Origin: Neoconidiobolus thromboides FSU 785 | Lineage: Eukaryota > Fungi > Entomophthoromycota | Direction of reading: 5' to 3' | DNA: 37,877 nucleotides | NCBI GenBank assembly: GCA_025603075.1 | Contig: MU626445.1 | Span: 1 to 37,877, forward strand | Part shown: positions 10,397 to 22,991 of the stretch, in pieces | How positions within the stretch are numbered: the first letter of the stretch is position 1 | Layout: each line of letters opens with the position of its first letter | Program-made: the position numbers and the translations under genes | Notes under the pieces: model-generated | The model's database searches: none | What the model saw: the letters and a program-made list of their open reading frames with translations, nothing else | Told to the model about the DNA's origin: nothing

Positions 10397-13369
10397 ATGA
10401 ATATAGAAGAACTTCTTTCCAATACCCTTTCCGGAAGTAATACAATCAGACTTCAATAAAATTCAATACTAAAATTTTAATTAGACGCCGAATTACGAGC
10501 CACTGCTGAAAGATGCTTACAAGAAAAGGAACAGCTTGATTATGTACGCATTAATTAATATTCAATTCAATCTTATTAAAATTCATTTATTAGCAAGGAT
10601 TTATAGTGGAACTTATTTATGTTTTAAGAGATGATGAAAAGCAACCATTTATTAGGCAAGCAGCTGGTCTTTTACTTAAGAATACTATAAGGCCAAAAGT
10701 ATTTTTTAATCTTAATTTAAATTTTTTATACTAATACAATTTATAGTTCAATGCAGCCACTGGTTCAGAAAGTACAAAATGGAATGAGCTACAACAAGCT
10801 GTTAAAGATGATACTAAACAAGAGGTAAAACTTATTTTAACCATTCTAGTTCAATTTATTATTTTAGCTTTATGGCATTATTGACGAACCAAACGAAAAA
10901 GTGGCCCTTTCGATCTCACAGGTAATCAATTTTTACATAAAATAATGCCTTGATTAATTTTATCTAAGGTGTTTTCGACAATTGCTGCTATTGAATTGCC
11001 TAATAATGAATGGCCAGATTTAATAGAAATGCTATGTAATGCAGCTTTAGATAATAATGATCAAGCTAATCTCAATGCAATCCGTACGTTGGGTTATGTC
11101 TGTCAAGGAGCAGTAAGTATAAATGATTTTATTTAAAATTTCAAGCTAATTAAGTTAGAATTGTACTTTTCTTGCACATCAATCAAGTCGAATTTTAGCT
11201 GCCCTCCTAACTGTACTTGACCCAGCTGGAGCTAAAAAGTAAATTTGATTTATTAAGCTATTATATTCAACTTTGTTAACCAATTATTTAGAATAGAAAT
11301 TCGTATTGAAACAATCCGTGCCTTATTAAACAGTTTAGAGTTTTTGAATCCTAATATTAGAGAAACTGGAGAGCGCAATTATATTATGAATGTTATTGAC
11401 CAAAATATAAGAATACCAAATGACACTCTCCAAGCACTTATCTTTGAACTTCTTACTGAAATTACAGTCAGGCATTACGATTATATGAATTCTTATTTCT
11501 CTGGTGGTTACTTGATGGTATTTTTCTAATTGACTTATAAGATAAATATTAAAGTTTATTTAGGTGGCTGTTGACGGCCTAAAACATCCTGATGAAATGG
11601 TTTTACGTCAAGTTATTGAATTTTGGTCTAATCTTGCCATGTTAGAAGCTGAGCGTAATGAAACTAATAGCAATTTGGAAGAGGGACAAATGATGTTACC
11701 TTATTATCATTTTGTCCAAGATTATGCTACTTATGTTATAGTGGCTATCCTCCAAATCATGTCTTCTCAAGAAGAAGATGTTGATATGGAAGAAGAAAAT
11801 CCACCACGTAGTGCTACTAATTGTCTCGAAAGTATAGCCAAAAATCTTGGGAATAATATTATCCCATTTGTTGTTCCATTTGTTACCCAAAATTTACAAA
11901 ATCCAGATTGGCGTCTTAGAGATACTGCTACTGTTGCTTTTGGTACAGTTGTTGCTAATGCAGATCAAGACCAAATCAAGGGGATGGCTGATGAAGGATT
12001 ACAATTTTTTGTTGCATTGATGGATGACTCCAATAGTATAGTTAAAGATTCAGCAGCGTTTACACTTTCAAGGATTTGTGAATTTTTACCCGATATTATT
12101 AATTCACCAGAAAAACTTCAACCCCTTCTTCAAGCCTTATTTAAAGGGATTAATGCACCACAACGTATTGTTCAAAATTGTTGTTGGGGTTTAATTAATT
12201 TAACTAAAAGCTTTATGCATTCGGATGATCCAGCTAAAGTAGATGGATTTAAATCTTATATTGAACCCATGTTAAAGCAATTAGTTGCAGCAACTGAAGG
12301 TATGTATAGTAATACTGAAGCAAGAGCTAGTATCTATGAAGCTATTTCAGATATTGTTTATGCTTGTCCAGATGAACTTTTAGGATTAATAGAAGAAGTA
12401 GTACTTACAACAGTACAACGTTTAGAAGCAACCATACATATGGCATCTGAAGTAGTCAACCAAGGAGATTTAGATAATTTAACTAATTTACAAATGTCAT
12501 TATGTAATGTACTTAATACTTCTATTAATCGATTAGAAAGTAGAATTTACCCAGTACAGGATCAAATTATGCAATTACTTTTACGTATGTTTGATGGGAC
12601 TCAAAATATTAATTCAGCCGAAGATATATTAACATGTATAGGTGCAATGGTCAATGCCTTAGATAAAAATATCCAAGTTTATATAGAACAGTTAGGACAA
12701 ATTTTATTAAAAGGCACGAATCACATTCAAGAACCAAGGGTATGTTGTAAATGTATTGCTATTGTTGGAGATATTGTAAGATCTTTAAGAGAAGATTCAA
12801 TGGCATTTGTAGATATATTTATACCTAATCTTGGCAATTTACTTGGTAATGTTGAGGTACATATTAGTATTCAATGCGCTATATTATCTACACTTGGAGA
12901 TTGTGCCAGTGCTATTGGATCTTATTATGAAAAATATTTGGGATCTACAATGGAAATAACTTTACCATTTATCAATGAAATTAAAAATCAATTACAATAT
13001 ATTCGTGATCAAGAACTAGTATTAGAGCAATATGAAACCATTTTGTCTTGTTATACAGGTATCGTTGAAGCATTTTGTAACACCCAATCTTTCCATTTAA
13101 TTGAGAGTTATATACCACAAATATTTGAAACTATAGGATTAGTTACTAATATTAAAAATGTATCAAGTGAAATGTATATTTCTATAGCTACTATATTGGG
13201 GGATTTTGCGGATATTAGTATTTCTTTGGGTCGTAATTTGCAAATGTATTATCGTCAAGATTGGATCAAACAATTTCTTAAAAACGCAAGATCTAAGAAT
13301 AATCCAGAAGGTACACGTAAATTAGCTAAATGGGCTAAATCTAGAATTGCTCAACTTCCACAACAATAA
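10397..13369 (+). CDS. KAP95: Importin beta-1 (karyopherin beta, Kap95/KPNB1-like), multi-exon with a 1.8-kb terminal exon (11564-13369)
   Basis: Spliced N-terminus MNIEELLSNTLSGNAELRATAE...PFIRQAAGLLLKN, IAAIELPNNEWPDLI, IEFWS, PDWRLRDTATVAFG, VKDSAAFTLSRICE, and C-terminal TRKLAKWAKSRI; HEAT-repeat composition. Confidence 0.9.
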
Positions 13370-13651
13370 GTTAATATTTAGGTAAAAATAAATTTAACAT
13401 TTTAATAATATAATTAAATAAAATAGATTAATTTTAAACTTATATAGGAAAGTTAATCTAAAATCAATAAAAAAAAACAAAACAACTAAAAAATTTAGCT
13501 TTTGATAATCAATTTTTTAAAAAAAAATAAGCTACCTTTTTTTGCATGTGTCATTAATAAAAAGTCATTTTCAATAATAAATCATTTTTATTTTTTTTTA
13601 AAAGCATAATATAAAAATAATCGGATTTATTAATTGAAATAATAACAAATA

Positions 13652-15816
13652 TTAATTTCCACCTAATTTAATAATAAGTGTATCAATTTCTTGCTTCATT
13701 GATGGGTTGGTACATTTATCTCGAATTGTACTAAATAAAAATAAAATAAAACAAAATAAAATATTTAAATTCAAATTATAAATTTAAACTTACTTTAACA
13801 TGTCCTTATCCTTATTAATAAAAGCTTGTTTAGCCGCATCTAAAAAGGCATTAAGATTTAATAACAAATTAGGACGAATTTTCGGATCACAAAGTAGAGC
13901 ATATTTTAAAGCTTGAGAAGGCTGTTGAGCTTTTAAAGTAAGATCATAAAAAGGCTATTATATAAATAAATAGATAAATAAATACATTATTAGCAACTAA
14001 AACTCAAAAAACTTTGATCAATATAATTACCTTATATCCAATAGGTGATTTTTTGGAATTAGCAAATTTTTCTAATTCTACAAAATGATTTCCTAATATA
14101 TACCCTTGTATTTTACAATAATAATACATCTTTTCATTCACTTTGAATTCTTTTTGTATTTTATTAACTATGGAATATTCTTCATATCTAGTTGCTAATT
14201 TGATTGTTTCTGCTAAAGAGGAACCCATGATAGATTGGCCTACTTTTTCTTTTAATTGGTTTTGATAATTTAAGAGTTTGATTTGTTCTTCGACTAACTA
14301 TAGAAAAGGAATTAGTTAAAGATTAATGTTTCTAAGTATAAATTTACTTTAGTGTCTTCTGATTTAGTAATTAAATTTTTGTAATCTTTTAGTAACTCTT
14401 TCCATTTCAATTCAAATTCTTCAAAATCCTAAAATAATAATAATTATTATTATTATTAAATAAAATTAAAGTTATTGAATAAAAATCTTACTTTTATATT
14501 AAATGTATTTTTTAACTTCAATAAGATTAATTTTAATTTTTGGTCATCTTGATAATAAAAATCTTTTAATAAATCTTCATTTTCAACTTTACAATAATTT
14601 TCAAAGCATTCACTACCAATTAAATTCGGATTAATTAATTTAAAAAAATCCCCAATATTTAATTTTTGTTTTAATTGTAATAGGACTAAATATACTATAA
14701 AAAATGTTATATTAATTAATATTACTTTTAATAAGATAGATGGAATGACAAAAACTTTACCTAAATAACTTTCACCACTCAATACTGCCTTATTTAAAGC
14801 TAATTGGTCTTCTTGCATATCTAATAACATTGGTATTTGAAAATGAATACACGGTTCTTTATCTAATAACTAAATTATATTATTAATAAATTAAATTAAA
14901 TTAAATAATAAATAAATAATAAATAATAAATAAATAAATAATAAATAATAAATAATAAATACATTAATAGCTAATTGTAATTGACCATTCTGATTGGCCA
15001 CCTTAGCAATTTTATGATATGATAAACCTTGATAATTACTGATTTTATCTAGTATTATTCGCGATGTAGTCTCTTCATCTTCTAATGAATTTCTTAACTA
15101 AATAATAATAAGTATGATATTACTATATCAAATAAAAATTACTTTTTCACAAGCCCAATCAATTAAAATATCATTACAATTCAAATTTAAAAATTGAGTG
15201 ATTTTTAAAGCCAAATAATGTTGATGAATTAACAATAATCTTTTAATTAAATTTTCTATTTTCCATAGTTTTAATCTAATAAATGTATTTAATTATATTA
15301 TTATTATTATATTCAACTTACTGTTCCATAGTAATTGGTATACCAATATCAAATTGACGTACTTGATTAATAATACGATGTAATTTGCAATGATACGCAA
15401 ATTTATCTGAATCATAATTATCTAAATAAGACTTTCCAAATGCAGCTGCCTATATAAATATAAATATATAGATAAAAATAAAAACAAAAATAAAATTGAT
15501 GTTTACCTTTAATAATGCTTTTTGCAAACTCGGTTCCCATTCTTGAGATGCCGAATCCAAACATATATTAACTGCTAATTCTAAATCATTTTGTATCATA
15601 TTCATAGTTTCATCTGCTTTGGGATTTTCTTTCTATTAAATTATTAACATTTTAATTTCTATTTCTATTTCTATTACTATTTATATAAATCTTACTTCAA
15701 AATGATCTAAAGCATCAAATAATAAGGAAGAGGGATGTGTAGAACCAATATTAAATATATTTAAAGAAGAATCTAAATAGAATAAAACAAAACAAAATAG
15801 AATAGCAAGTGTTAAT

Positions 15817-15850
<34 letters not shown>

Positions 15851-17365
15851 CAGGTACTTTTTGAATAAATTCTAATTTATAATCTGAAATTATATTAGCC
15901 CCATCAATTTCACTAGATATAAAAATATTGGAATCATAATAGAATCTAATATAATAATAAGGAAATTGGTTATTATTAATTATTATTCTATTTTATATTA
16001 TTAAATATTACTTTTCATTATGACCAAATGGTCCAATAACTTGTAATTCATTTCCATAATTTAATAAAATTAAATCATTACCACACCTAGTTTAAATTTT
16101 AGAATATTATATATTATCATTGTATATTATGTATTATTATTTACCATTTAGTTTGCTGTGGTAAATCTTGATTTGTTAATTCTACTTCCGTAAATTTTTG
16201 TTGAAAGTCAGTGGATACAACCATCAATGTTAAATTGTTATTAATTAAACATAAAAAGGAACCATTGGGACTAATACTTATATGAGTAAATGGACCTTGC
16301 TCTAATCTCTAATATAAAAAACATTATTTTTATAATATGGTATTATTATTCTATTATTCTATTATTCTATTATATTATTATTACTATCATGTTATTAATT
16401 TACCTGATCAATAATATTATTATCATCAATAGAATAAATTGTATTTCCATGACAAAAAAAAATATCAATTTGATTAGCTAATTCTAATTTGGGCTCTAAT
16501 ATATCCCATTCAACAATATCATTTAGTTCTAAATAATTATAATATTATTAATAATATTAATAATACTTTTAATAAATATAATTCTATTATTTTACCATTT
16601 AAAGGTAACTTTTTAATTCTAGGTTCATTAACATTATTGATTGTTAAAAATTGATCATCATTCGTCAATATTACTATTCCACGTTTCCAACATTTGGCTT
16701 GTTTAACAAATTGACTACTAGACTAAAAAATAAATAAATAAGTCAAATAAATAATACAATGTCGAAATATCAAAAATAAATTTACTAAACCTAAAGAAAA
16801 CTGAGTATATTGTCCAAAGATAGTATATACTCTAATTATCCCTTCCAAATAGATACAAATCAATTGATCCTCTACCCAACCTATATCGATTAATTTGCCT
16901 TTTTCCCACTATATTATATTGTTTTATTGTTTATTTATTAAATTACTTCTATTATTAATATTACTTTAATTGTATTCAATAGTTTTCCACTTAATGTATA
17001 GATGGAACAACTACTACTTAAATGATCATCTACTTGAGATAATGCTAATTTTCCTGGATTTCTTATTAAAGCTGAATAAAAGAAACAATGATTAATCTAA
17101 ATAGCTAGTTATTTATTTTAATAAGACATTATAGTTACCTAATAATCCCGAATTTTTACCAATAGTTAAATTATAGTTTTCAATATTAATCTTTTTCCAA
17201 ATTAAATTATATCGTTCTTCTTTTCTACAAGTTTATGTTGTTATTATTATATTGTTATTATTATATTATTATTAGTATCTTTTATGTTGTTGATTATTAC
17301 CTGTAATAAACTTCATTCAATTCAAACCAACTACTTGTTGGTGAGACTAATAGTTGTGTTACCAT
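13652..17365 (-). CDS. VPS16: Vacuolar protein sorting protein Vps16 (HOPS/CORVET subunit), many exons
   Basis: N-terminus MVTQLLVSPTSSWFELNEVYYRK.., VKQAKCWKRGIVILT, HPLSLLFDALDHF, LQKALLKAAAFGK, LAKVANQNGQLQLA, DMQEDQLALNKAVLSGE, KVNEKMYYYCKIQ, FANSKKSPIGY; final exon ends ...DTLIIKLGGN* (TAA 13652-13654). Confidence 0.92.
14884..14961. repeat. Low-complexity (TAAA/TAATAAA)n microsatellite in a VPS16 intron
   Basis: ttaaattaaattaaataataaataaataataaataataaataaataaataataaataataaataataaat. Confidence 0.8.
15819..15848. repeat. (AAT)n microsatellite in a VPS16 intron
   Basis: About ten tandem AAT units next to the intron donor. Confidence 0.8.
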
Positions 17366-17721
17366 TTTTTTATTAAGAAATTTATCAAAAAAAGTTATGA
17401 AGTCATCAAATCAAGTTCATTTGAATTAAAATAAAATTGAATATTTAACAGATTAATTTAAATAAATATAAATATAAATAATATAACTTAAAACAACCCA
17501 TAAAACACTTTAATTTATTATATTTAATAATCCAATCTGACCTTTTATTAATATTACTTAAATTATCATCAAACACTATAAAATCATTAAAGATATCTTC
17601 CAATTATAGTAACTGCGATAATTGCAATCAGAGCTTGGATTTTGATTTATTTCAATTAATTTAACCTATACAAATTGGTTGATTTTAACATCATTAAAAC
17701 AACTATAGTAAATCCACAAAG

Positions 17722-19436
17722 ATGTTAAGAATTTATGGGTCTAGAGATGTACCAGCATTAGTCGAAAATTTAGTAGCTAGATTAAAGAGAAGGTAAGAAA
17801 AAAAGTTTATTGTTCCATACTCATTCTAGTTTCAATTTAATAAGATTTACATAGACAAGTAGTAGGCAGTTGGAATGTATCAACGGAAACATTAATAGTA
17901 TTACGACAAGTTATTTCAGTATCTAAATGGAATAATGTCAAAGCATTAATTGCTGATATAAGCCAAATTGGACAACGACTAATTGCTGCTCAACCACAAG
18001 GTAATTCTTTCTCTTACTTCGCGTAAAACTTTTTCTTAACTCCTGACTAAATTTTATCTAGAGTTGGCAGTTGGTAACATTATTCGCAGAGTGTTACATA
18101 TGATAAGAGAAGAATATAAAGTTTATGTTAAAGATTTTGAAGAAGATGAAGAAGACAAGCAATTGTCAGCAGTAGATAGATTATCTTTAAATGAAGATTC
18201 AAAAAATAATTCAGGTTTATCAACACCAAGTAAACAACAAATGAATCAAAACAGTTCCTCTCTATTCAGTTTAATGGTAGGGGATGATGAAAAAGAAGAT
18301 ATTGATTATTCTAGATCCGTGTATAATATCCTTTTTTTTTTGAAAATTAAATTACCAACTTTCAAACTATTTTAATATATTATCTTTAACTTTGTTTAGT
18401 ACCTTTCAAACCAACCATTATTCAAGGTATTGCTGAAATGTTAGATGAACAAGAAAATATGTATGTTAATGTATCAAGTCAAGCGTTAGAACACATTCAT
18501 TCCAAGTAAGTTGTTAAAATCTTAACAGATTAATAATAATAATAATAATACTAACAAATATTATAAAAGCGAAATTATAATGACATGTGGTAAATCTCAT
18601 ACAGTTGAAGAATTTTTTAAAACAGCTAGTCGTAAAAGACAATTTCAAGTAATTGTTGTTGAATCCACAAAAAAGTAAGTAGTAGTTTTTATAGTTTTAT
18701 AGATAAACCGGATTGATTGACTTAATCCAAATTTAGATCCGAGGCTTTTAATTTAGCTAAAAAATTATCCAATGCTGGTATTACCACCACTATCATTCCC
18801 CATTCAGCTGTATTTGCTGTTATGTCCAGAGTCAATAAAGTTATTTTAGGTACTCATGCAAGTAAGTTCGTTTATCTTTTTTCATTGTCATTATATTCAA
18901 ATGAATTCATTTTCTATTAATAGTTTTAGCCAATGGAGGCTTAGTATCTGCTTCTGGCTCTCAAACGATTGCAGCGGCTGCCAAACATCATGCTACTCCT
19001 ATTGTTGTTTGTGCTGGTTTATATAAATTATCACCTTTATTTCCAACGGATATTGAAAGATTAAATATTTGTGTATCACCAACTGCAGTATTAAATTATG
19101 CAGAAGGTAATTATTTTTATGAACTTGTTTTAATATTGTAAAATAGAAATGAATTATTGATCGATTATTTTTTTATAATAGGTCCATTAATTGATGTAGA
19201 AACTGTTTGTCCTTATTATGATTATATTGAACCGGAATTAGTGGGCTTGTTTATTACAAATAAGTAAGTGAATTGATTATTTTTTTATCTTGTTTTATTT
19301 CGAAACTAAATGTTATTTTTTTATTTATCATTAAATTAGTGGTGGTCACCCTCCATCTTATCTTTATCGATTAATTACTGAAAATTATGATCCAGAAGAT
19401 AATGATTTAGAAAATTCAATTTTATTAGGAAATTAA
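17722..19436 (+). CDS. GCD7: Translation initiation factor eIF2B beta subunit, multi-exon
   Basis: [134 protein letters not shown]; stop at 19434-19436. Confidence 0.95.
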
Positions 19437-19593
19437 TAAAATGAAAAATAAAAATAAAATAGAAAATTGAGATTACGGTTTATTAAATTTGTATATTTTC
19501 ATGTTTTATTTTAAAAGACATTTCATTCTTGTGATTTATTTTTTCAAATAAATCCCAAAAACTTTACTATCTTTTTCTTATTTTTATTTTCCT

Positions 19594-20121
19594 TTAAATA
19601 CATTGCTTTCTCCAATCTAAAATATCTTCCTCATTTGAAGAAGTTTCACTTTCTTGCTCAGTTTTGTTATTATTATAATTATTATTCATCTTTTCCATTT
19701 TATTTTTACTTTCCTTTATTTCATCACCTTTTCTTTTTTGTTTAATTTGATTTAATCGAGCTATTAAATCACTTTGTATTATTTCTTCTTCTTCTTCACG
19801 CTCGATCATTGATTTTATTCGAGCTAATTTTTCGATTTGCTGTAATTCTTTTTCAGTAAATGGAACTTGCTCTAATTCTTTCAAAGACTCCTCTCCTTCT
19901 TCTTCTTGATCCGTTTTGGACTTCGTTGATTCGATTGACTTGGAGGAATTCTCTTTTTTTTCCTTTTTATAATCTTGTTCTAATTTTTGCAATTCAAGTT
20001 CAAAATCTTCAATATTTTCCTCTTCTTCTACTTTATTAATTTTGGACTCCAATTTTAATGTCTTACTTTCTTTTTCTTGTTGTACTAGTCCATCATCAAA
20101 AAATCCTTTGGGTAAACTCAT
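19594..20121 (-). CDS. ZNF830/CCDC16-like acidic coiled-coil protein (splicing-associated), 175 aa, intronless
   Basis: LPKGFFDD at the N-terminus, a central acidic coiled coil and C-terminal EEDILDWRKQ resemble the ZNF830 family LPEGFFDD...DWR pattern; no zinc finger seen. Confidence 0.65.
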   Translation of the reverse strand: MSLPKGFFDDGLVQQEKESKTLKLESKINKVEEEENIEDFELELQKLEQDYKKEKKENSSKSIESTKSKTDQEEEGEESLKELEQVPFTEKELQQIEKLARIKSMIEREEEEEIIQSDLIARLNQIKQKRKGDEIKESKNKMEKMNNNYNNNKTEQESETSSNEEDILDWRKQCI

Positions 20122-20406
20122 TTTTTGTAAAAGAGATGAAAGATTGATAAAGATTAGTTGACTTTAATTTCGATTTTTTTCAAAAATTCAAAATTGATTT
20201 GTTATTTTCAAGTCCTCATGAATCTTTGGATGAAATGTCTAGTTGAAATATTTGAGAGTGATTTTATAAAAGAATAAAAATAAACGAATTTTAAATAAAT
20301 TATAAGAATCATAATATTAAATACATAATAATCTCAATAAATTTCAGATAAACTTAGAAGACTTTAATGAAAAAATAAAAATTTAACAAGAAAATTCACT
20401 ATTGAA

Positions 20407-22794
20407 TTATAACTCATTAATTTTATGACGCCAATTTATAGCTAATTTAATTAGCTTTGAATAGTCTTCATTAGACATTACATTTCTATAATCATATTCA
20501 ACAATATTTCCTTTTTTTAAATTTAGATTTTGAGTAAAATAAGAATTCCAACTTTCATTAATAATCTAAATCAAAGTATACATTCAATTAACAACTAAAA
20601 AAGAGATTCCAATATTTCAAAATTACCTTTAAATCTACGGTTATAATATTTGGTTGAATGTCCACCGATTGAATTACATGTTTAAATGTATTAGTTAAAT
20701 ATTTGTGTTCAAATATCCACAACTCACTTTTTGTTGCTTGAAATTTATACCTTTGAAGCTCATAACAATGTCGTACTTTTTTAATAATGGATCTGACTTT
20801 GATTTTAGAAGTATTACAATAACTAAATTGACCAGCGGCACTTTTAATTGACTTTGTTAATATGAAAAGTGTCTATGATTACAAGTTAGAGCTACCTTAA
20901 ATTTAAATTTTTAATAAATTCAATTAAATCTGGATTATGTATGTCTAATCGTACAGCTTTTTCTAATCCTAATTGGAAGTCAAGTGAGCTAAAAAATAAT
21001 AGCATTAACTACTTATGTTATTATAAAATATTAATAATTTACTTGTCATCTTCAACAAAACACCAATTTATAGCGGTAGTAAGTTTATAAGGAGATATAC
21101 AATCATATTTAATTAGTTTTGAATTATCAAAACATAAATTCAAATCGAATTCATTTTTGTCAAATAAATTAATACAATCACATTTTAAAGTATATATAGT
21201 TTGTGGATTATTTAAATACTCATGCCCTTCTGTTGATAGCTGTATTAATAATTCATTGAATTTATTTGATTGTCCATAAAATATACTAATTTCAGTAACA
21301 TTATTAATTTAGCTAATGATGCTATTGTTAATTAAACTTACTTTCTTGAGAAATCGGATGTAAAATTTGGATTATTTAATACTCTTTGTTGGAAATCATG
21401 ACTTGGAAATACTAATTTTTTTGGTAAATCTAAAAAACATATTTTACCAAATCTAAATTATTAACTTAAATTGAAATCAAATAGTTCTAAATATACCTTA
21501 AAGATAATTTTAATAAACCTCTATAAACTAAACAAGAACGTAAGCCGTCTTTAAGTATTTTTAGAGGTCTTAAATTTTCTTTTTGAATTCTAAATTAATA
21601 AAATATTTATATTGTTTTATTGACTATTTTTTAAAATAATTAACCTACTCTTCATTATCTATATCTTCTATAATATCTCCATTTTCCAAATTAGAACAAT
21701 TCATTAACAGACCAATTCTAGTAATATTGAAAGGTAAACGATTGTGTAAAACACTTTGTTTAATTTGAATCATATTAATATAAGATTGTATTTTAAGTAC
21801 GTTAAAAATAGTAGGTTTTCTATTTTCAAGTATCTATTAACTCAATAAATTATTATTTTCAAGTTGTTGAAATAAATTACTTTTTCAGCTGCTAAATATT
21901 GAACTTTTTTAGCTGCTATTGTTACATTTCCTTTTTTATATCCTATAATTTTATACCCTATAAGCTTTATCTTCTTTTATAATATTTAATATATACATCT
22001 TTAAAATAAGCTTATAGAATATCCCTTACCTCATTATCTTTTCCTCTATTTTCTAAAGGAAGTATCCAGACCTGTTGATTACGTCTTATACTATTTAAAA
22101 AATTTGATTGTAATTTGAAATCGGCCTCATCGATTAATTGTTCCGTTAAAAGTAAATTTTGTTTATGATCGGGTTCATTTCCAAGTTCAATAGGTTTTAA
22201 ATATGGTTCTAATTCTTTTTGTTGATCTAATTCACATTGTGTTTTACTTAATTCTTTGTTTATTTCCTCTTCATTAAACCTTCTTCGAAACCATGAATCC
22301 CCTCTTGGTTTACGTTCCACTCTCTTTATACTTTGGTAAATTATTATTTTTAAATTCATTATAAATCAATTTTACCTTTAATAGCATTTCTATTTTATAA
22401 TTTAATGCTAGTTTAACTTTTTCAACATTATCTTTTAATCCAGAAATTTCAATTTGCTATTATTTAACGTTTAAGTTATTAATATTTTGATTGAAATATT
22501 AGATACTCTATATTTATCATTGAATTTAACATCTGCATTTGCGTTTGATTCTATTTGTTTTAAAATACAACCACCTTTACCAATGATATCCTCTACTCTT
22601 AAGTTGGCTGGTAGCTTTTTATATGCTCAAATTATAATTATATTTTATGTTTGAATGGATCTTACTAAATAAGCTAGTCTTGTATGATATCGAGTATTAT
22701 CTTGTGTATATTCCGAATTCAAGTCGATTACTTGCTTCATATTTATTTTTATAAAAAAATGAATTCTTTTTTCATAAGATTGCAGTTTCGTCAT
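20407..22794 (-). CDS. Uncharacterised KH-domain (putative RNA-binding) protein, multi-exon; start could instead be ATG at 22740
   Basis: KH motif DIIGKGGCILKQIESNANADVKF...IEISGLKDNVEKVKLAL with intact GKGG loop; successive open exons with GT-AG borders; last exon ...SWNSYFTQNLNLKKG..LAINWRHKINEL* (TAA 20407-20409). Confidence 0.7.
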
Positions 22795-22991
22795 CAAAAT
22801 ATATACATAATCACTAGAATTGTTATTAGGATCAATTAAATCAATGTTACTATTAAATCAATGTATCTTCAGTTTAAAATTAATATGAAATCAATAAAAA
22901 TTAATAAAAAATTATCAAAATCAATAGAAACTCAAATAAACTTTAATCAATTAACTAATACTAGCTCATATTGAATCTAATCTCATATTCC

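Noticed and set aside
16290-16481. 63-aa Ile/Tyr-rich ORF (also 25891-26088 and 34081-34290)
   Set aside because: Translation of AT-rich intron, antisense or intergenic DNA; 34081-34290 ends inside MITE copy 9.
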